A stretch of DNA of 64,000 nucleotides from contig OZ037765.1 in assembly GCA_964035545.1 (NCBI GenBank), positions 11,852,698 through 11,916,697 on the forward strand. Reading direction: 5' to 3'. The stretch's first letter is position 1; every line of letters begins with the position of its first letter. Shown in pieces: positions 51,001-64,000 of this stretch. The notes under the pieces are model-generated. The model did not search any database and was not told where the DNA came from. It was given only the letters and a program-made list of their open reading frames with translations. Position numbers and translations under genes: made by a program. Origin of the DNA: Bugula neritina (Eukaryota > Animalia > Bryozoa).

Positions 51001-54000
51001 TTTCTTTTGATATTTTTAGCAGTTGAGAGACAGACAATCAATAGTGTAATAAAAATATTAGCCTGCCTTTCTAACTTACAAGCAGTAATTTGGTGAAGTT
51101 AACTACAGTTAAATTGTTGTGAGGAGTATGAAATAACACCATCACCTGACATAGTTTCGTGGGTGTTGTAACAGTAGACAAATTTTGCAATACCAAGTTC
51201 ACAGGTATGTAAAAATATATTAAAAGCACTAAAATTCAACTATTTTGAGTTTTATTTTAGAAAATCCGAGCCAAACCAATTCCATATACTTTAGGAAAGG
51301 TACAAGACTTCCATCTACAGGGTTAAGTTACATTAGAGAAATGTTTCAACTTCAACACCTCTACTGTTCACCTCACAATGAAAGAATGGCTTTAATCAGC
51401 TCAACATTTTTACCTTAACATTATCCAATTGCCAATATATTGACCTCCATGGGGTGGTATTGAGTAGAAAGTAAAATACTATGGTAAATGCATTTAAAAC
51501 CATTTACCTAATTGAAAATATTTGCTCTTTCACAAAGGATCAACAGCAAAGATAATACAAAACAATGTATTTGTTGGAGGAAAATTTACTACAAACGAAG
51601 TTCTAAATAGAGCCATGCAAAGTTTTCCATGCATTGGGTTGTGAACTTTGCAGAAGGAATAAAGTTAACACTAGTAAACAGTGTAGGCCTATGTCTGCTT
51701 TTGTTTAATAGGCAGCTAGAATTGAATTCTAGCCCAACTATTTAGTAGCAGGTAATTTCATGACTGCCAGCCATTAATTGAAAACTAGATAGAAATACTT
51801 GCATTTTATTTTTATACGAAAAATAAATACTTACGATTCTCTTTCAAATAAGAAAGAGCATCTTCGAAGCCCTGTTTACATATTTGACTGAGTTTTTCCG
51901 GATGAGGAGGGAACATGATTCTCGACAGTCTGTATAAATTCTTGATGGTAAACTGAAAGCTAGTGTTGGAGATAAGCCAGTAGTGAATATTCGGAGACTC
52001 GTTCTTCGGGCATATGTCACTGTGTCCGGCAAATGGTGACACTGTGATGGTGTACTTGTTAATCCTTGGCAGGTTGTTGCTCAGTGCCCCATCAACATAC
52101 CTCTAAAATCCAGACAAAAGAGGATTCAATTATCATCAGTTTGGCAGAAGGTGAACACCCTACTTCTAGATTCCTTTGAGGTCTCTCAACAGCTCACTAG
52201 TACTTGTTGAATAATTTCAACTTCAAAAACCAGGAGAGGTTATTGCAGAATTATCACTACATAGAAAGTCATGAAGTTCACCATTCAAAACCCAAATCAA
52301 GTGTTAGAAACACAGCTCCTGATTGTAGCCATTCCTGATGAAGGCGTCATTAGTAGTTATTTTATAAGTTTTCAATATTACGTCATACTCTCAATAACTA
52401 TAAATCCTAAAACTTTTAAGACTAAATTACCATTTATTGTAACTTTGACTCTTAGTTAGCAACACAAACAGCAAGATGATCATTATCAAGTTTAATTTGA
52501 AACTTAGCCTATGAAGACTTCAGGTAGATATTGATAGTAATAATCATGAAATTAAACTGTTGATAATATGCCGAGATTAATAACAAATTAATAAAACAAA
52601 ACTACTCAAACTGAAGAGCATCAAACCTACTTGAAAAATCGCCAACCTTACAGCAGTTAAATAGAATAAAATTGGAGTTGATTTCATGAGAGATAACTCA
52701 AGTGGATTAGTGTAATGCCATACATACCTCACCCTTGTAGATGGGAGGTATGAAACCAGACCACAAGGGAATGTATGCACTGCACAGCAACACCTATAAG
52801 ACATACAGCAACATGTCAATTCTACATCTGCATATACTTTGCATCCACATAACCTCATTACCTACATATCAAAACAACTATACAAACAGGTCACCTGTTA
52901 TGTGCTAATTTCAAATTAACCAAATCTTCAATGCAGAACTCTTCAACTGTGACTTAGCTAGAAAGCATTTATTGGTAACAGTACTACAAATTCTACCAAG
53001 TCTCCACAAAATTGTTTTACTGGGAAAGGCTAAAATTTGCAAATGTCACCAGCTAAAGATTCAGCTTATTTGTGGAAACAAGTACAACCTTTGAAAATCA
53101 AATTACTAATAAGCACTCAAAGTTTTTTATTCCTTTTAATTTTAATAACCAAATGGAAAACCTAAGCATAATGCATTAAATAGTGAATACTTCTGGCTGC
53201 CAACCTGAATCAAGTCAGCTCTAGTCTGAAACTCGGAGATTATTACATTCTTGCCATCTCGAACTCTGGTCATGGATACGTGAAGTTTGTTTGTGCAAAT
53301 CTCGTGGGCATTTGATGGCAAAATCTCTTCTAACCCACTTTTCAAATGATCAGTGATACTAAATGATGGGTGCATGGGGCCCAAGGACCTTTTCCTAGCT
53401 TTTGCTGCTAGCTTTAAGGTCCAGCTTGTACAATAACCTGGTGGTGAAAACAGGTTGTCAGGTTATACTATCTACCATCTACTAGCTGCTAGCATATCAC
53501 CTCATTGTCTACCAAATCACACCATTTGTATGTACAGCTAAGCTGCATCACACCATCGCAAATTCATTAATTATAATATTGTGGCCTTATGATAGGCCGC
53601 ATTGCTGAGGCCAGCGTGTAAGCGGCAAAACACGGGGCAATATATAGAGCGTTAGCAATGACCTTTGACAATGATGCACGCTTCTCATAACGTGCACAAC
53701 GTGATAGCATAGCATAGCTAGTACTAACTTGTACTACGTTGTGTTGCACAACCAGTTGGCAGAATGCCAAGCTAAGGCTAACGAATTTCAAGGTCAGTAA
53801 GTAAGTATAATGAACTGGAATTGATCAAGTTACTACAAGCTTATCAATGTAAGGTTTTTGACTTGTAGGGATTAGGGAGCTATGCTTGACATAGTGCTTG
53901 TGCATTTTATAGTATTTTTTCAACTAGGGCTTAGAACAAATTTTATATGCATGTAAAATAAATGTAAACTTGCAACATAAAGATAAGTAGCTAAAATTAT

Positions 54001-54283
54001 GCCTCTAGTTTCAAGTTAATAACAATAGTCAAGAAAAACAATAAATATGTATTCACATTTCACAATCCTAGTAAACTTGAAGAGTTAAATATTTACCTAA
54101 AGGAGCTTCACACAAGAGTAGGGCTGCCACCATCGCACCAGCACTAGCCCCACCTATGAGATGTTGGATTGTGTCAGGAGGAGCATACTCCCGCAAGCAG
54201 CTAGCTACACCAACATGGTAAATCCCCAGAAATCCACATCCAGCAAAAGTAAAGTTTGGCTTTTCCTCATCCGAATTAGTCAT
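48036..54283 (-). CDS. PNPLA2: Patatin-like phospholipase / adipose triglyceride lipase (PNPLA2/brummer-like), 10 coding exons
   Basis: Exons 54283-54097 (FAGCGFLGIYHVGV, GASAG nucleophile), 53437-53205, 52793-52728, 52102-51835 (RYVDGALSNNLP, SPFAGHSDICP), 50785-50618, 50244-50109, 49872-49750, 49545-49331, 48832-48738, 48368-48036. Confidence 0.9.
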
Positions 54284-55629
54284 GTTTACTTTATTGGTAC
54301 ATCAACATCTATGGATCTTGATTTATCAATCTCTACTACAACATAATAATAACGATAATTTTACAAAGCATCCTCAATATCTTCATTCAAATAGTTTGCA
54401 AATACTTTGATCTAGTGAGACAAGCATACCTGGTAAAAGATGACAAGCTTTTAATAATTCAAATGTTTACAAACTCAAATGCCCATTTAACCATTTTAGC
54501 CAAAAAACTTTACTGCTTTTTATAAAAAAAAAAACCGTCAAAATGAGTAAATCTGCTGTATAAGTGTATTGATATGAATGCATATACTACAATATGCTGT
54601 TAGCTATAACATTTCTGAATCACCCAATCACTAACTATCTGTGATAGTATTGGCCTGTGCATAATGTTAAACAACTGATTTTAAGAGGGGGATAAAAATT
54701 TTGCCACTGGGATTTAAATAAATTTAAAAGGGTTTAGGTTACAGAACTTAGTTACTAATACTTGTAACTTTCAAATCATAATTAGGCTATAGTTACAGTA
54801 ATAGTAATACTAATGCTCTAATAGTAATAGTAATTTAATATTAATACTAGTTACTATAAGTATTAGTATAAGTCTAAATATAACTAATAATATAACTTAT
54901 AATAAATATAACTAAACTATTAAAGTTTAATGAATACTAATACTAATAGTAATAGTATTACTAATAATATTACAATTATTATTATAACATTAACTACTAT
55001 TAGTATTACATTTACCCAATTAGTATTACAACATGAACATATAATTAATATTATAATTTATAAAGTTAAATTTAAACTTCTAACATCAAGTTTAACTGGC
55101 ACTCCCACAGTTTCAGTTTGAGTTACTTATACTTATAGTTACAGTCATACTGTCTTAGAGTTAGTAACAGTAACGCTAACAGTAACTGTAAGTAACTTAG
55201 TCAGTCACAATGTGAGTGTCACTATCACTTACACTTACAGCTAGTTACTAAGACAAAGAGTAAGACTAAAACTGTAAAAACTAAAAGTAAAAGTTGACAA
55301 AATAATATTAATTTTAATTCATATAATAAGAATGATAATAATCATTTATTATAAATATAATATTATTTTATTAATAATAATTTAATATTCATAATCTTAA
55401 TCATATTCATATTGTCATGATTGATGATAATCTAAATCATAATCATAATGATGATCAAAATGAGGATCATATTATTAATATTATTAAATTTAATGATTAT
55501 GATGAAGTTGAACTGATTATGAAGTGATAATTTATTTTATAAAATTATGAAAAACATCATGCTGAGCTATAATATAATCAAAATAAAATATTAAAAATAA
55601 TGGTAAAACAATACAAATGGCGATATACC

Positions 55630-55920
55630 ATATCTAATGAGGATGTTGATGTTCTGTAGTTGTAATACTAATCCTGATGGTAATACTAATTGGGCTATGT
55701 TTCTATCATCATAATGTAAATGTATAGTTGTTTACAATGTTACGATGTGCGTCTAAAGTACAAGTCATATGTCCGAAATATTAGACTAGTATTCCTTTTT
55801 ACGTGCGGTATTTGTTCAACTATATTCCGATAAATTATTGTCTCTACTTTACTAAACCGACATTAGTCAAATTCTGAAAGATAACTCTAATCCGCGAGTG
55901 TTGGCGCCCGAGAACAATAT
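55630..55920 (-). promoter_or_regulatory. Candidate PNPLA2 promoter / non-coding first exon
   Basis: CpG-containing patch with TGTTGGCGCC (55899-55908), a possible minus-strand donor at ~55628 and an acceptor at ~54431; inference. Confidence 0.35.
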
Positions 55921-56329
55921 TATGCATGTTAAAAGACAAAAAATAGATTTTGAATACTTTCAGGTTTGAACTGCTTGCTTGCTAATCTATATTATATATA
56001 ACTCATTAATTAAGCTAAAGTGCTTAACTTTTGCTTAGATAGCTTAAATATTGACAAAAATTTCACTTGGAGAGCAGGTGATTTTCTTTTAAGTGCTACA
56101 TCAGTTTTCTTTTGCACTAAATTTCCATAAAAATCATATACACTTTTACCGTTTACATTGCCAACTTTAATCATTTAATAAAAACTATAGCCTAACGTTA
56201 TTCTTAATACGTACGTAAAATTTCAACAAATTATCCTCATTCTAAAAATGAGACACTAGCAATAGAAGACGTCTTATAACTGTTCCAAGTGTTTCATTGC
56301 TACACTTGAAATAACATATATATCTTGAT

Positions 56330-56910
56330 CTTGATCAAGAACTCCGATTGAGAATGTCAAAAGCATCACAAACTTTTGGAAGGCTATGAGAAAGGGTTTG
56401 GGATAACGGAGACCTGACAACTAAGACAAAATGTGCAGTCTACCAAGCCATTGTTCTATCTACACTGCTATATGAAGTGGAGTCATGGACAGTCTATAAG
56501 ATCACGGCACACAAGCTGAATCCCTTTCTTATGAATCAACTAAGACAGATACTGTTAGTGAAATGGTGGCACTTTGTACCTAATATAAAGATCCTCCAGA
56601 AAACCAACATTACCAGTCTATATGGCACCGTCATCCAAAGAAATCTAAGATGGGCTGGACACATCAACAGATTAGACAACACCAGGATCCCAAAACAGAT
56701 TCTATACTCACAGCTAACAGAAGGCTCCCGTGACATTGGCAGACCGAGGCTCCGTTACAAAGATACCATTAAACGCAATCTTAAAGACAAGGGGATATCT
56801 CTTGGTAAATGGCAAATGCTGTCACTTGACAGACAAAATGGAGACTAATGATACACCAGAAGTCATAGTCGGACACGACAGACAGCAATAAGATGATGAT
56901 GATGATGATA
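56330..56910 (+). mobile_element. RTE-clade LINE 3' fragment with (GAT)n tail
   Basis: LLYEVESW...NLRWAGHINRLDNTRIPKQILYSQLTEGSRDIGRPRLRYKDTIK, followed by gatgatgatgat. Confidence 0.85.
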
Positions 56911-57035
56911 TATATATGTGTGTGTGTGCGTGTGCGTCTGCGTCTGCGTGTGCGTGTGCGTCTGCGTGTGCGTCTGTGTGTGCGTCTGCATTGTGCGTCT
57001 GCGTGTGCGTCTGTGTGCGCGTCTGCATGTGTGGT
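56909..57035. repeat. Compound (TA)/(GT)/(GCGTCT,GCGTGT) microsatellite
   Basis: Seen directly. Confidence 0.9.
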
Positions 57036-59185
57036 ATATACCTTCAACATACAGTGCAATAGCCCTATTTCAACATACCAGTTGTATCTCTTCAAGACAG
57101 CGGCATAATTACTAACTGCAGTTGAAAACTTGGCAAACTTGTTGAACACATTATTATGATGTATTTACTGAACCGGCCTACTAAGATATGTTTGCATGCA
57201 AAATACTTCAGTGAAATCCCTTGAATTTCTCTAAGATACTACAGTAGGTCAAAGTTTGCTTTTGTTTTGGAGTTGTACAACCATGTATCAATATCTACAT
57301 CTCACCCTATAAGCTTAATTTTGCTTCCAGTCTGTGAAAGGACATATTAGCTGTATCTTATTTTTTCTGTAGAAAGTCCTTAAACAAGCACCTTCAAGTT
57401 TATAAAATTGTGTTTTGTGAGAGTTACCCCTCCCTGAAAATAAGTTTGAAGTAATTTTAATAGAATATACTTATACTGGTGGTAAACGCATGCCGTATCT
57501 ATGGCCTAAATAAGTTCAAGCAGTTGTTAGGTAGACTTATACTCTATACTCTATAGTATTAGTCAACAGATCTATTGAAGTGCTGACAACTCTTCAATGT
57601 ATCATTAGTAGACATGCTAAACAGGTTCTATGTTTTGTGGATAGACAAATCTATAAACCTTGCAGCACATCTATCTGTGTCACTGCAGGAAAATACAGTA
57701 ATGGGACAGCAGCAGCATATTTTTATGAAATGTAATTAAAGTTACAAGTTTTTAAATTATGGAAAAGTCACAGTTAATTTTTTTTATACAGAAATAATTG
57801 AAAAGTCTCACTATTTTACACTAGCTATTAAGTTTGAAAATAACTTAAAGAATCCCGACACACTTTACTTATATAGTATGAAAATATTCATTTATATCTT
57901 AGCTATCTGAAAGTTAATGGAAATGTTGCATGCCCACACAATTTTGTTTTATAATGAATTTTGTGCACACATGTCTGAAAATAATTTGAGAATTTTTATC
58001 GCAATCCGGTGACGAATTACACCGCCTAATAAAATTTACACATGCATATGGTTCATTTCTGATGGTCAATTTTTGTTTGGTAATATTCTACAGCAGTATA
58101 CATGTCTAAAACTGCAACAATAATCACTTTTTGTGTAATCTAGTCACGGTTTTCTGACCAATTACCATATTTCAGCTGTATTCTATTTGTTCATCCTTAG
58201 TTTTATTGAGTATTTTTTTATCTACAAGTTATACTTGCCCATTTCAGTTTAATTGTATTCCATACCTATTTTATATAACCTTTGGTCTATTTGAAAGGAC
58301 AGCAGCACATAATGTTATAAAGTACAGTGACATAGTGGTGTATAGACTAGAGCTTGTCAGAAGTGGTAGGCTATAGACTTATTATTATGTATAAATACAT
58401 TTTAAAGCATTTTGACTGTATCGAAAATTTTGGGCTATAAAAAATAAATTATAATTTTTAAAACTGTTAGCAGATAACTTTACTAACATGTACCTGTATA
58501 ATTTGTAAATCACAGCAATTGCATCATTATCATGCAGCTATAATTATTATTATTGCCATTGGATTTGAAGTATAATTCCATATTTAATAATAAAAATTAA
58601 AACAAAAAATTACAATACAAGGCATTTTATAAAATAAATACCAAACTAATATGTCATGCCGCTATTTAGAAAGAAAAAAAATCTAAAAAGCAGCTATAGC
58701 TGCTTGTATTTTGAACAACATAAAAAAAATGTTTAAAATATATAACAGCCATTTAAACAAGCTTGCAAAAATAGAACAAAAATCAGTTTCTGATAAGCCA
58801 ATTTTTCTTCTCTCTTTATAACACTTAAAAGCTTTCATAAATAATTAAGACAGAACAATGTGACTTTTTAGATACATATTGAATGTTCACATTTAGCAAG
58901 TAGGTAGATGCATTTTTAGTTTATTCTATCAGATGACAGCAAAGGCGAAAGGTCAAACAATAATGCATATCTAGACTTGACTAGCTAGTTGTTTCTATCA
59001 CAACTACTATTACTATAACATGCACATAATATTTGCTATGGCATGCTGGTTATCTATAACCTGTGTTTTATCAGTTGCTCTCCGCATATACAAATATTTC
59101 AGGTGTGACCTTATCACTGAGCTGAAGGAAAATGTTCAGTTAGCAGTTTGGCATTTCTATTAATTGACTTGTATTCACTTGAACT

Positions 59186-62100
59186 ATGGCACCCAACTAT
59201 CTACTTCTCCTGTTCTTAACTTTTCACCTGACCTCCACTGCAGATGGTAAGTCTTATAAATCAGCATATAATAATATATGTGAGAAGACGCAAAAGTTGG
59301 TTGGTTCGATTTCATTTGGTATATAATATAGTAAAAGTAATAACTTTTTGCTACAGTTATATGCAGTTGCTATATGAGAGTTCTAGGCTTATAACAGAAT
59401 CATTATGATTTACAGCATATATAGTACACTGTACTGTGCCCAGATAAACTCTGTAAGAACACTATGCATTGAAAGGTCACAAATAAAAATTTGGGGGTGT
59501 GAAAAGTTTTATAAATAACTAATTTTCTACTTTTTGATTTGGCATTGACACATTATAAACGTCTGCTAAACTCAATACTGCATGAGAAAGTTACTCGGCA
59601 CTTATATCTTGTGGCTTTTATTGATAAAATAAAGATTTCCAGTTTACTTGCTTGACTATAGCTACTTGCAAAGCTGATAGTTTTACACAAACTTAGTATT
59701 TCATGTAATTAAAATTTTCTCTATTTATAAATTTTAATGTACACTTCATTTAACTTTCATTATGAGAAATTTTGATAGCTTTCAGTGACAATGTCCAATT
59801 TTTATATATGGAGTTTTAAATCTCAAAATTTGAGTTCATTGAAATGATTTCAAAAATCGCATATCAGAGTTATAATAAATTATGCAACTTTTTCGCTAAA
59901 CTCAGACTATTAAAAATATTAAAACTTTACATGACTTTGCTAATCTCAGTTATTGCTTTATGCCATTCAAAAACATTGCTTTATTATATATGTGTGTAGA
60001 GTATGAGATCACAAAGACTTCATTGACAGATGAACAATCCTGCTAGTTCGTAATTACACAAATGAGAAATTTATCAAAAAAAGTTGATGTTTCAACACTT
60101 CAAATATGATATTTATAATATATGTAGTCGAAATTCTTTTATGTAGTCATACAAATTGTTATAATTAGGGTATTTCGAAACGTGTAAGCAGGAAATGCTA
60201 AAAGAACTCTTTCAATGCATAGCATAGATTATACCCTGGAATTTAAAATATTTGTATAATTATGTTTTTATATAAAAACTTCACACCTAAACAACGTAAC
60301 ATTGTAGAATGTTATATACAAATTGATATTTTAGTTGACTTGGCAACGATTCCCTGTTCATCGACACCTCTAACGTTGACAGGAAGTGAAAACTTGATAA
60401 TAACAAATACTACGGGCTCCTGCAAATGGAAGCTTGTGTTTACTGGTAACTCACGAGTAAAAATTCAATCAAAAGTAAGTTTGTTGACTTCAGGGTGATT
60501 TTCAAGTTTAATGAATTACTGCCCCAAAAAAGTAGGTGCAAGCGTTCGAAGGAGTATTTTTTACAAGACTATACGGCCCGAGAAAATAACTGTAGGTTAG
60601 GGTACATCGCTTGTTATATAAGGAAACAGGTTTAAACTAGATTAAATTGCTTTAAAATTTGACTATAGCATATCAAAGTCAAAAACATACGTCTTGTAAA
60701 TGTTATATTACACTATTGTACCTATACTGACTATCAACATGTATAAGTTTAAATGATATTATATCTTTGTTTTGTATACTTTGTGCTTGTTTTAATTTCT
60801 ATGACTTTCTTAAAATGAGATGCTTAAAACTTTTTTTTGATAAAAGACATTTATTATATATAACTATATATTATAGACAACTGTAATCATGTTACCTATT
60901 TTAGAAACTGTGTTTGAGCTGCTCCGAGCAATTAAACTTTGAAGACTCTGTTTCTGGAAATGTTGTTTGGGATGTTGATACAGTACATCAGTAAGTAACT
61001 CTTCCTGCGTCTTAGCTTATTAGTTTTTTAACACTCCCATTAGGAAAAAAAGTTCATGGAAAAGTTTTTCATTTTAGTGTCATGTTACACTGGAAGAATT
61101 ATAAATATTATTTTGTGAACTATAATCAATTGCTACATATTGCTTACTATCTGTATATTTCTATTCCCATCTCTTTATCTATGAAATATCAATTGATAAA
61201 TTGGACTGTTTTCTTGACAATGAGTATTGGTTTTTAGATCAAGATAATTTCATATAAGCTTTGAATTATAATACATGTCTTTTAACCTTTATGTCTACAT
61301 TCACTTTGAATATATTATGTTATCACTTGGTGTTATTACCCCTGTTATACAGTTTAATCAACATGAATTTACATTAATTTTTTTACGCAAGAAATGTAGT
61401 ATCTGGTATAAATTAACATTTCTGTTAATTTATTACTATTGCCAACACTTATTTTGATTGTACTTTGTCAAAAACCAGCTATGTATGCTCCTCATGTTGC
61501 CACAACATCTGAGCTCCTTAAGTCAGGCGGCTTCTATGATTTTGTTTCTGCATTTCCAATCATTATGATGCATCAATTATTGCTTAATTCTGACAATCAG
61601 TATTTCTACCAGCTCTGCGATTTTTCATTTAGTAATATTAACAAATAAATTCATACTTTCAGCTTTATGATCAATATAGTTAAAGCTTGAATTGCAACTG
61701 TTATATAACAAACCTTTATTGAGGAAATTTTTTTAAACTGTGAGTTTATATTTTTCTAATGTTCTACCTCTCTCCAATTTTTTTAGGCTGATTCAAACTG
61801 TACGATATTTCTTGTAGACAAAATGGCGGAAGTGGGAAAGTATGCACACAACAGAGTATTTACTGCGGTATTGCGCAAGCCAGGGAACTCTTTGTAGACT
61901 CAGGTTCAATATACTTGGATTATAAACGGGATCCATCAACTTCACAAAAAGTTGATATTCAGTTTGAACTTACAGCCTGTGAGTAAAAGTTCTATTTTAT
62001 ATTCTACATCTAGATAACTATGCTAGCTCCATATGTGTAAGTCAACTACAAAACAAATATATAAATTGGCTGGTGTCCGGTAAAAAAAGCACCAGTGAAA

Positions 62101-63127
62101 ATGGTACAGGCAATAATGGCAAAGTAGGCACATTCTCAATACTGGAGTTTGGAGTAGGGGGTTGAGAATGGGGTTTAAGTTTGAAGATGGGAGTTTGAGT
62201 TTGGAGTTGGGTTTTAATGGTTGGGATCTTGGATTTTTGGGTGGGAGGGTTTGGATTTGAGGATTGGGAAAATTTAACATTAGTGTGCCATTTTAAACTG
62301 TCCCATTATTACCTGTGCTATTTTTACTGGTGCCATTTTTATCTAAAGTCAACTTGTTTTAGTAGTTTCAACAAATTTATTTTGAAGTATAGGGTTAGTG
62401 TAAAAGTTAAACTATGATATGAACTCTAGCCTGTCTTAAAACTACAATTAAAATTGACTGAAGTACATCGAATTTCTGTTAAGTCTGATACTCAAAGCAG
62501 ATGACTGCTAAAATAATGGGTGCATGATATACATAGTTTTAAATCATTATAACAGAGTTATTCACTCAAACAGAAAAGTCATTTTAATTACTAACTTATT
62601 AAATTCAGAATGCATTGTATATTGTGTTTTTCGTTAGTTTTACTAAATCTAAAGTTTTACTTATATTCATTTTTAACTAAATTTTAAAATTTTACCGTTC
62701 AAATCAAAATTACACAAGCTCTCCTTTTACAATTACCGGCTGTAGATAAAATTGAATTAAAAAATACTGGGTACAATGAATTTCAATAGTAAAGCACATA
62801 TATCAAGCTATCCTCTGCAATCACCTGCATGAATACATAGTGACCCTTTTGAGGGGCCTAGTTTATGTAACACTCATGTATAAACACCAATGAAGTGCCA
62901 ATGTTAAACTTTTACTCTAATTTATAGACGATAAAGCTACAACCGTGACACCTGCTATATCTTCTACTCCAAGTGCAGACCCTGGCTCTTCACCTAATAG
63001 TGCAGCCCCTGGCTCTTCACCTAATAGTGCAGCCCCTGGCTCTTCACCTAATAGTGCAGCATCTCTTTCAGCCATCAGCCGTTTTTTTATCATTTTCAGT
63101 TTCTCTACTATACTGTACTTTGTGTAA
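59186..63127 (+). CDS. Orphan ~216-aa secreted, probably GPI-anchored protein with a divergent CUB-like domain and Ser/Pro stalk
   Basis: Exons 59186-59246 (MAPNYLLLLFLTFHLTSTAD, signal peptide), 60335-60474 (IPCSS...GSCKWKLV), 60905-60990, 61818-61978 (IYCG...SGSIYLDYK), 62928-63127 (PGSSPNSAA x3, hydrophobic tail FFIIFSFSTILYFV*). Phases 1/0/2/1 join without stops. Confidence 0.75.
62070..62345. mobile_element. MITE-like element with imperfect inverted ends and a G/T-rich core
   Basis: ggtaaaaaaagcaccagtgaaaatggtacaggcaataatgg (~62079-62119) vs ccattattacctgtgctatttttactggtgccatttttatc (~62302-62343). Confidence 0.55.
62980..63060 (+). repeat. 27-bp coding tandem repeat x3 (PGSSPNSAA)
   Basis: ccctggctcttcacctaatagtgcagc repeated three times. 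Confidence 0.9.
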
Positions 63128-64000
63128 GGATATCTTACAGAAGAACAACTTACTCTATATTTTCTTATCTATTTATGAAAGCAAATATTTTCAATATTCA
63201 AGTGTTTATTATTTTTATGACCTTGTTAACATTAATAGTTGACATTTTCGTTGTGATACAAAGTTTTCCAACTTTATACAGGCACAGATAAGCAGTCGAT
63301 GTTGCCTGGATAGAATACTACAAGCATTAGTTTACAATAAATAATATGGATACAAATACTTGAAATTATCAAACATATTTTCATATTTTTCAAACACTTT
63401 GTTCTCCCTTTTTTATGAAATGCTGATATTTACAGCAAATCTTTACTCAGAGGTACCAATCGAGCTAACAGCAACAATGTAGTTAATGCTGTTGAGTTCT
63501 ATTACATATTATTATTATTATTATATGAAAAAGTAAAACCAATAAAACGCGTACTTATACACAACTATGACCAATATATAATATGTATTGTATGTATAAA
63601 TATTTCATGATGGGTTTCGAAAATGCAAGTATAGCAGAAGTAGAAAAATGTGAGCACACAGTATGAAATATTCATATATTATATATATATTATACATAAT
63701 TAAAAGTCATGTTGACAATCTGGCAGATAAAATGTAATAAAAAATTAAAAAAAACAACACAATTTAGTAGAAAAACTTGGCTGTATAATACTACTTTTAT
63801 AAAATACTTGTATTATAGCAACAGGCTCTTGGTACAATATAATGTAGAAATGTTTAATATTTTGCACAAGCATCAAGGTACTTGTTATAATATTGTAGAA
63901 TAAGTTGATCTTTATGCTCGCGTGGTATAAATTCTTGTGAAAACCATGTTCGGATCTTGATGCAATCTTGCTTTCTGATGATTGTAACAACATTTCACAT

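Noticed and set aside
56781-57149. ORFs with CVCV/RTRR repeats
   Set aside because: Microsatellite translations.

Overview
AT-rich genomic DNA from an invertebrate animal (spliceosomal GT-AG introns, metazoan transposon families). Four host genes were reconstructed by hand: THNSL1 (shikimate-kinase plus threonine-synthase-like, minus strand, runs off the left edge), KIN/KIN17 (+), a PNPLA2/ATGL-like lipase (-), and a small orphan secreted, probably GPI-anchored CUB-like protein (+). About 11-38.5 kb is a transposon graveyard: a full-length Gypsy LTR element, Harbinger, MULE, Academ, mariner, Kolobok-like and LINE remnants, and mosaic duplications. Two structures stand out. (1) An AcademX DNA transposon in a THNSL1 intron has had its 5' end replaced by an inverted copy of its own 3' end, giving ~1.19-kb arms that include transposase coding sequence; this is a 'Mu killer'-like hairpin that host transcription would read through. 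(2) The Gypsy LTRs carry six CCGA-N3-TCGG palindromes at a 15-16-bp pitch just upstream of the TATA box, and the element encodes an extra zinc-finger plus coiled-coil ORF where env would be, suggesting a self-encoded regulator and operator pair. All calls come from reading the sequence; no database search was run, and boundaries of degraded elements are approximate.
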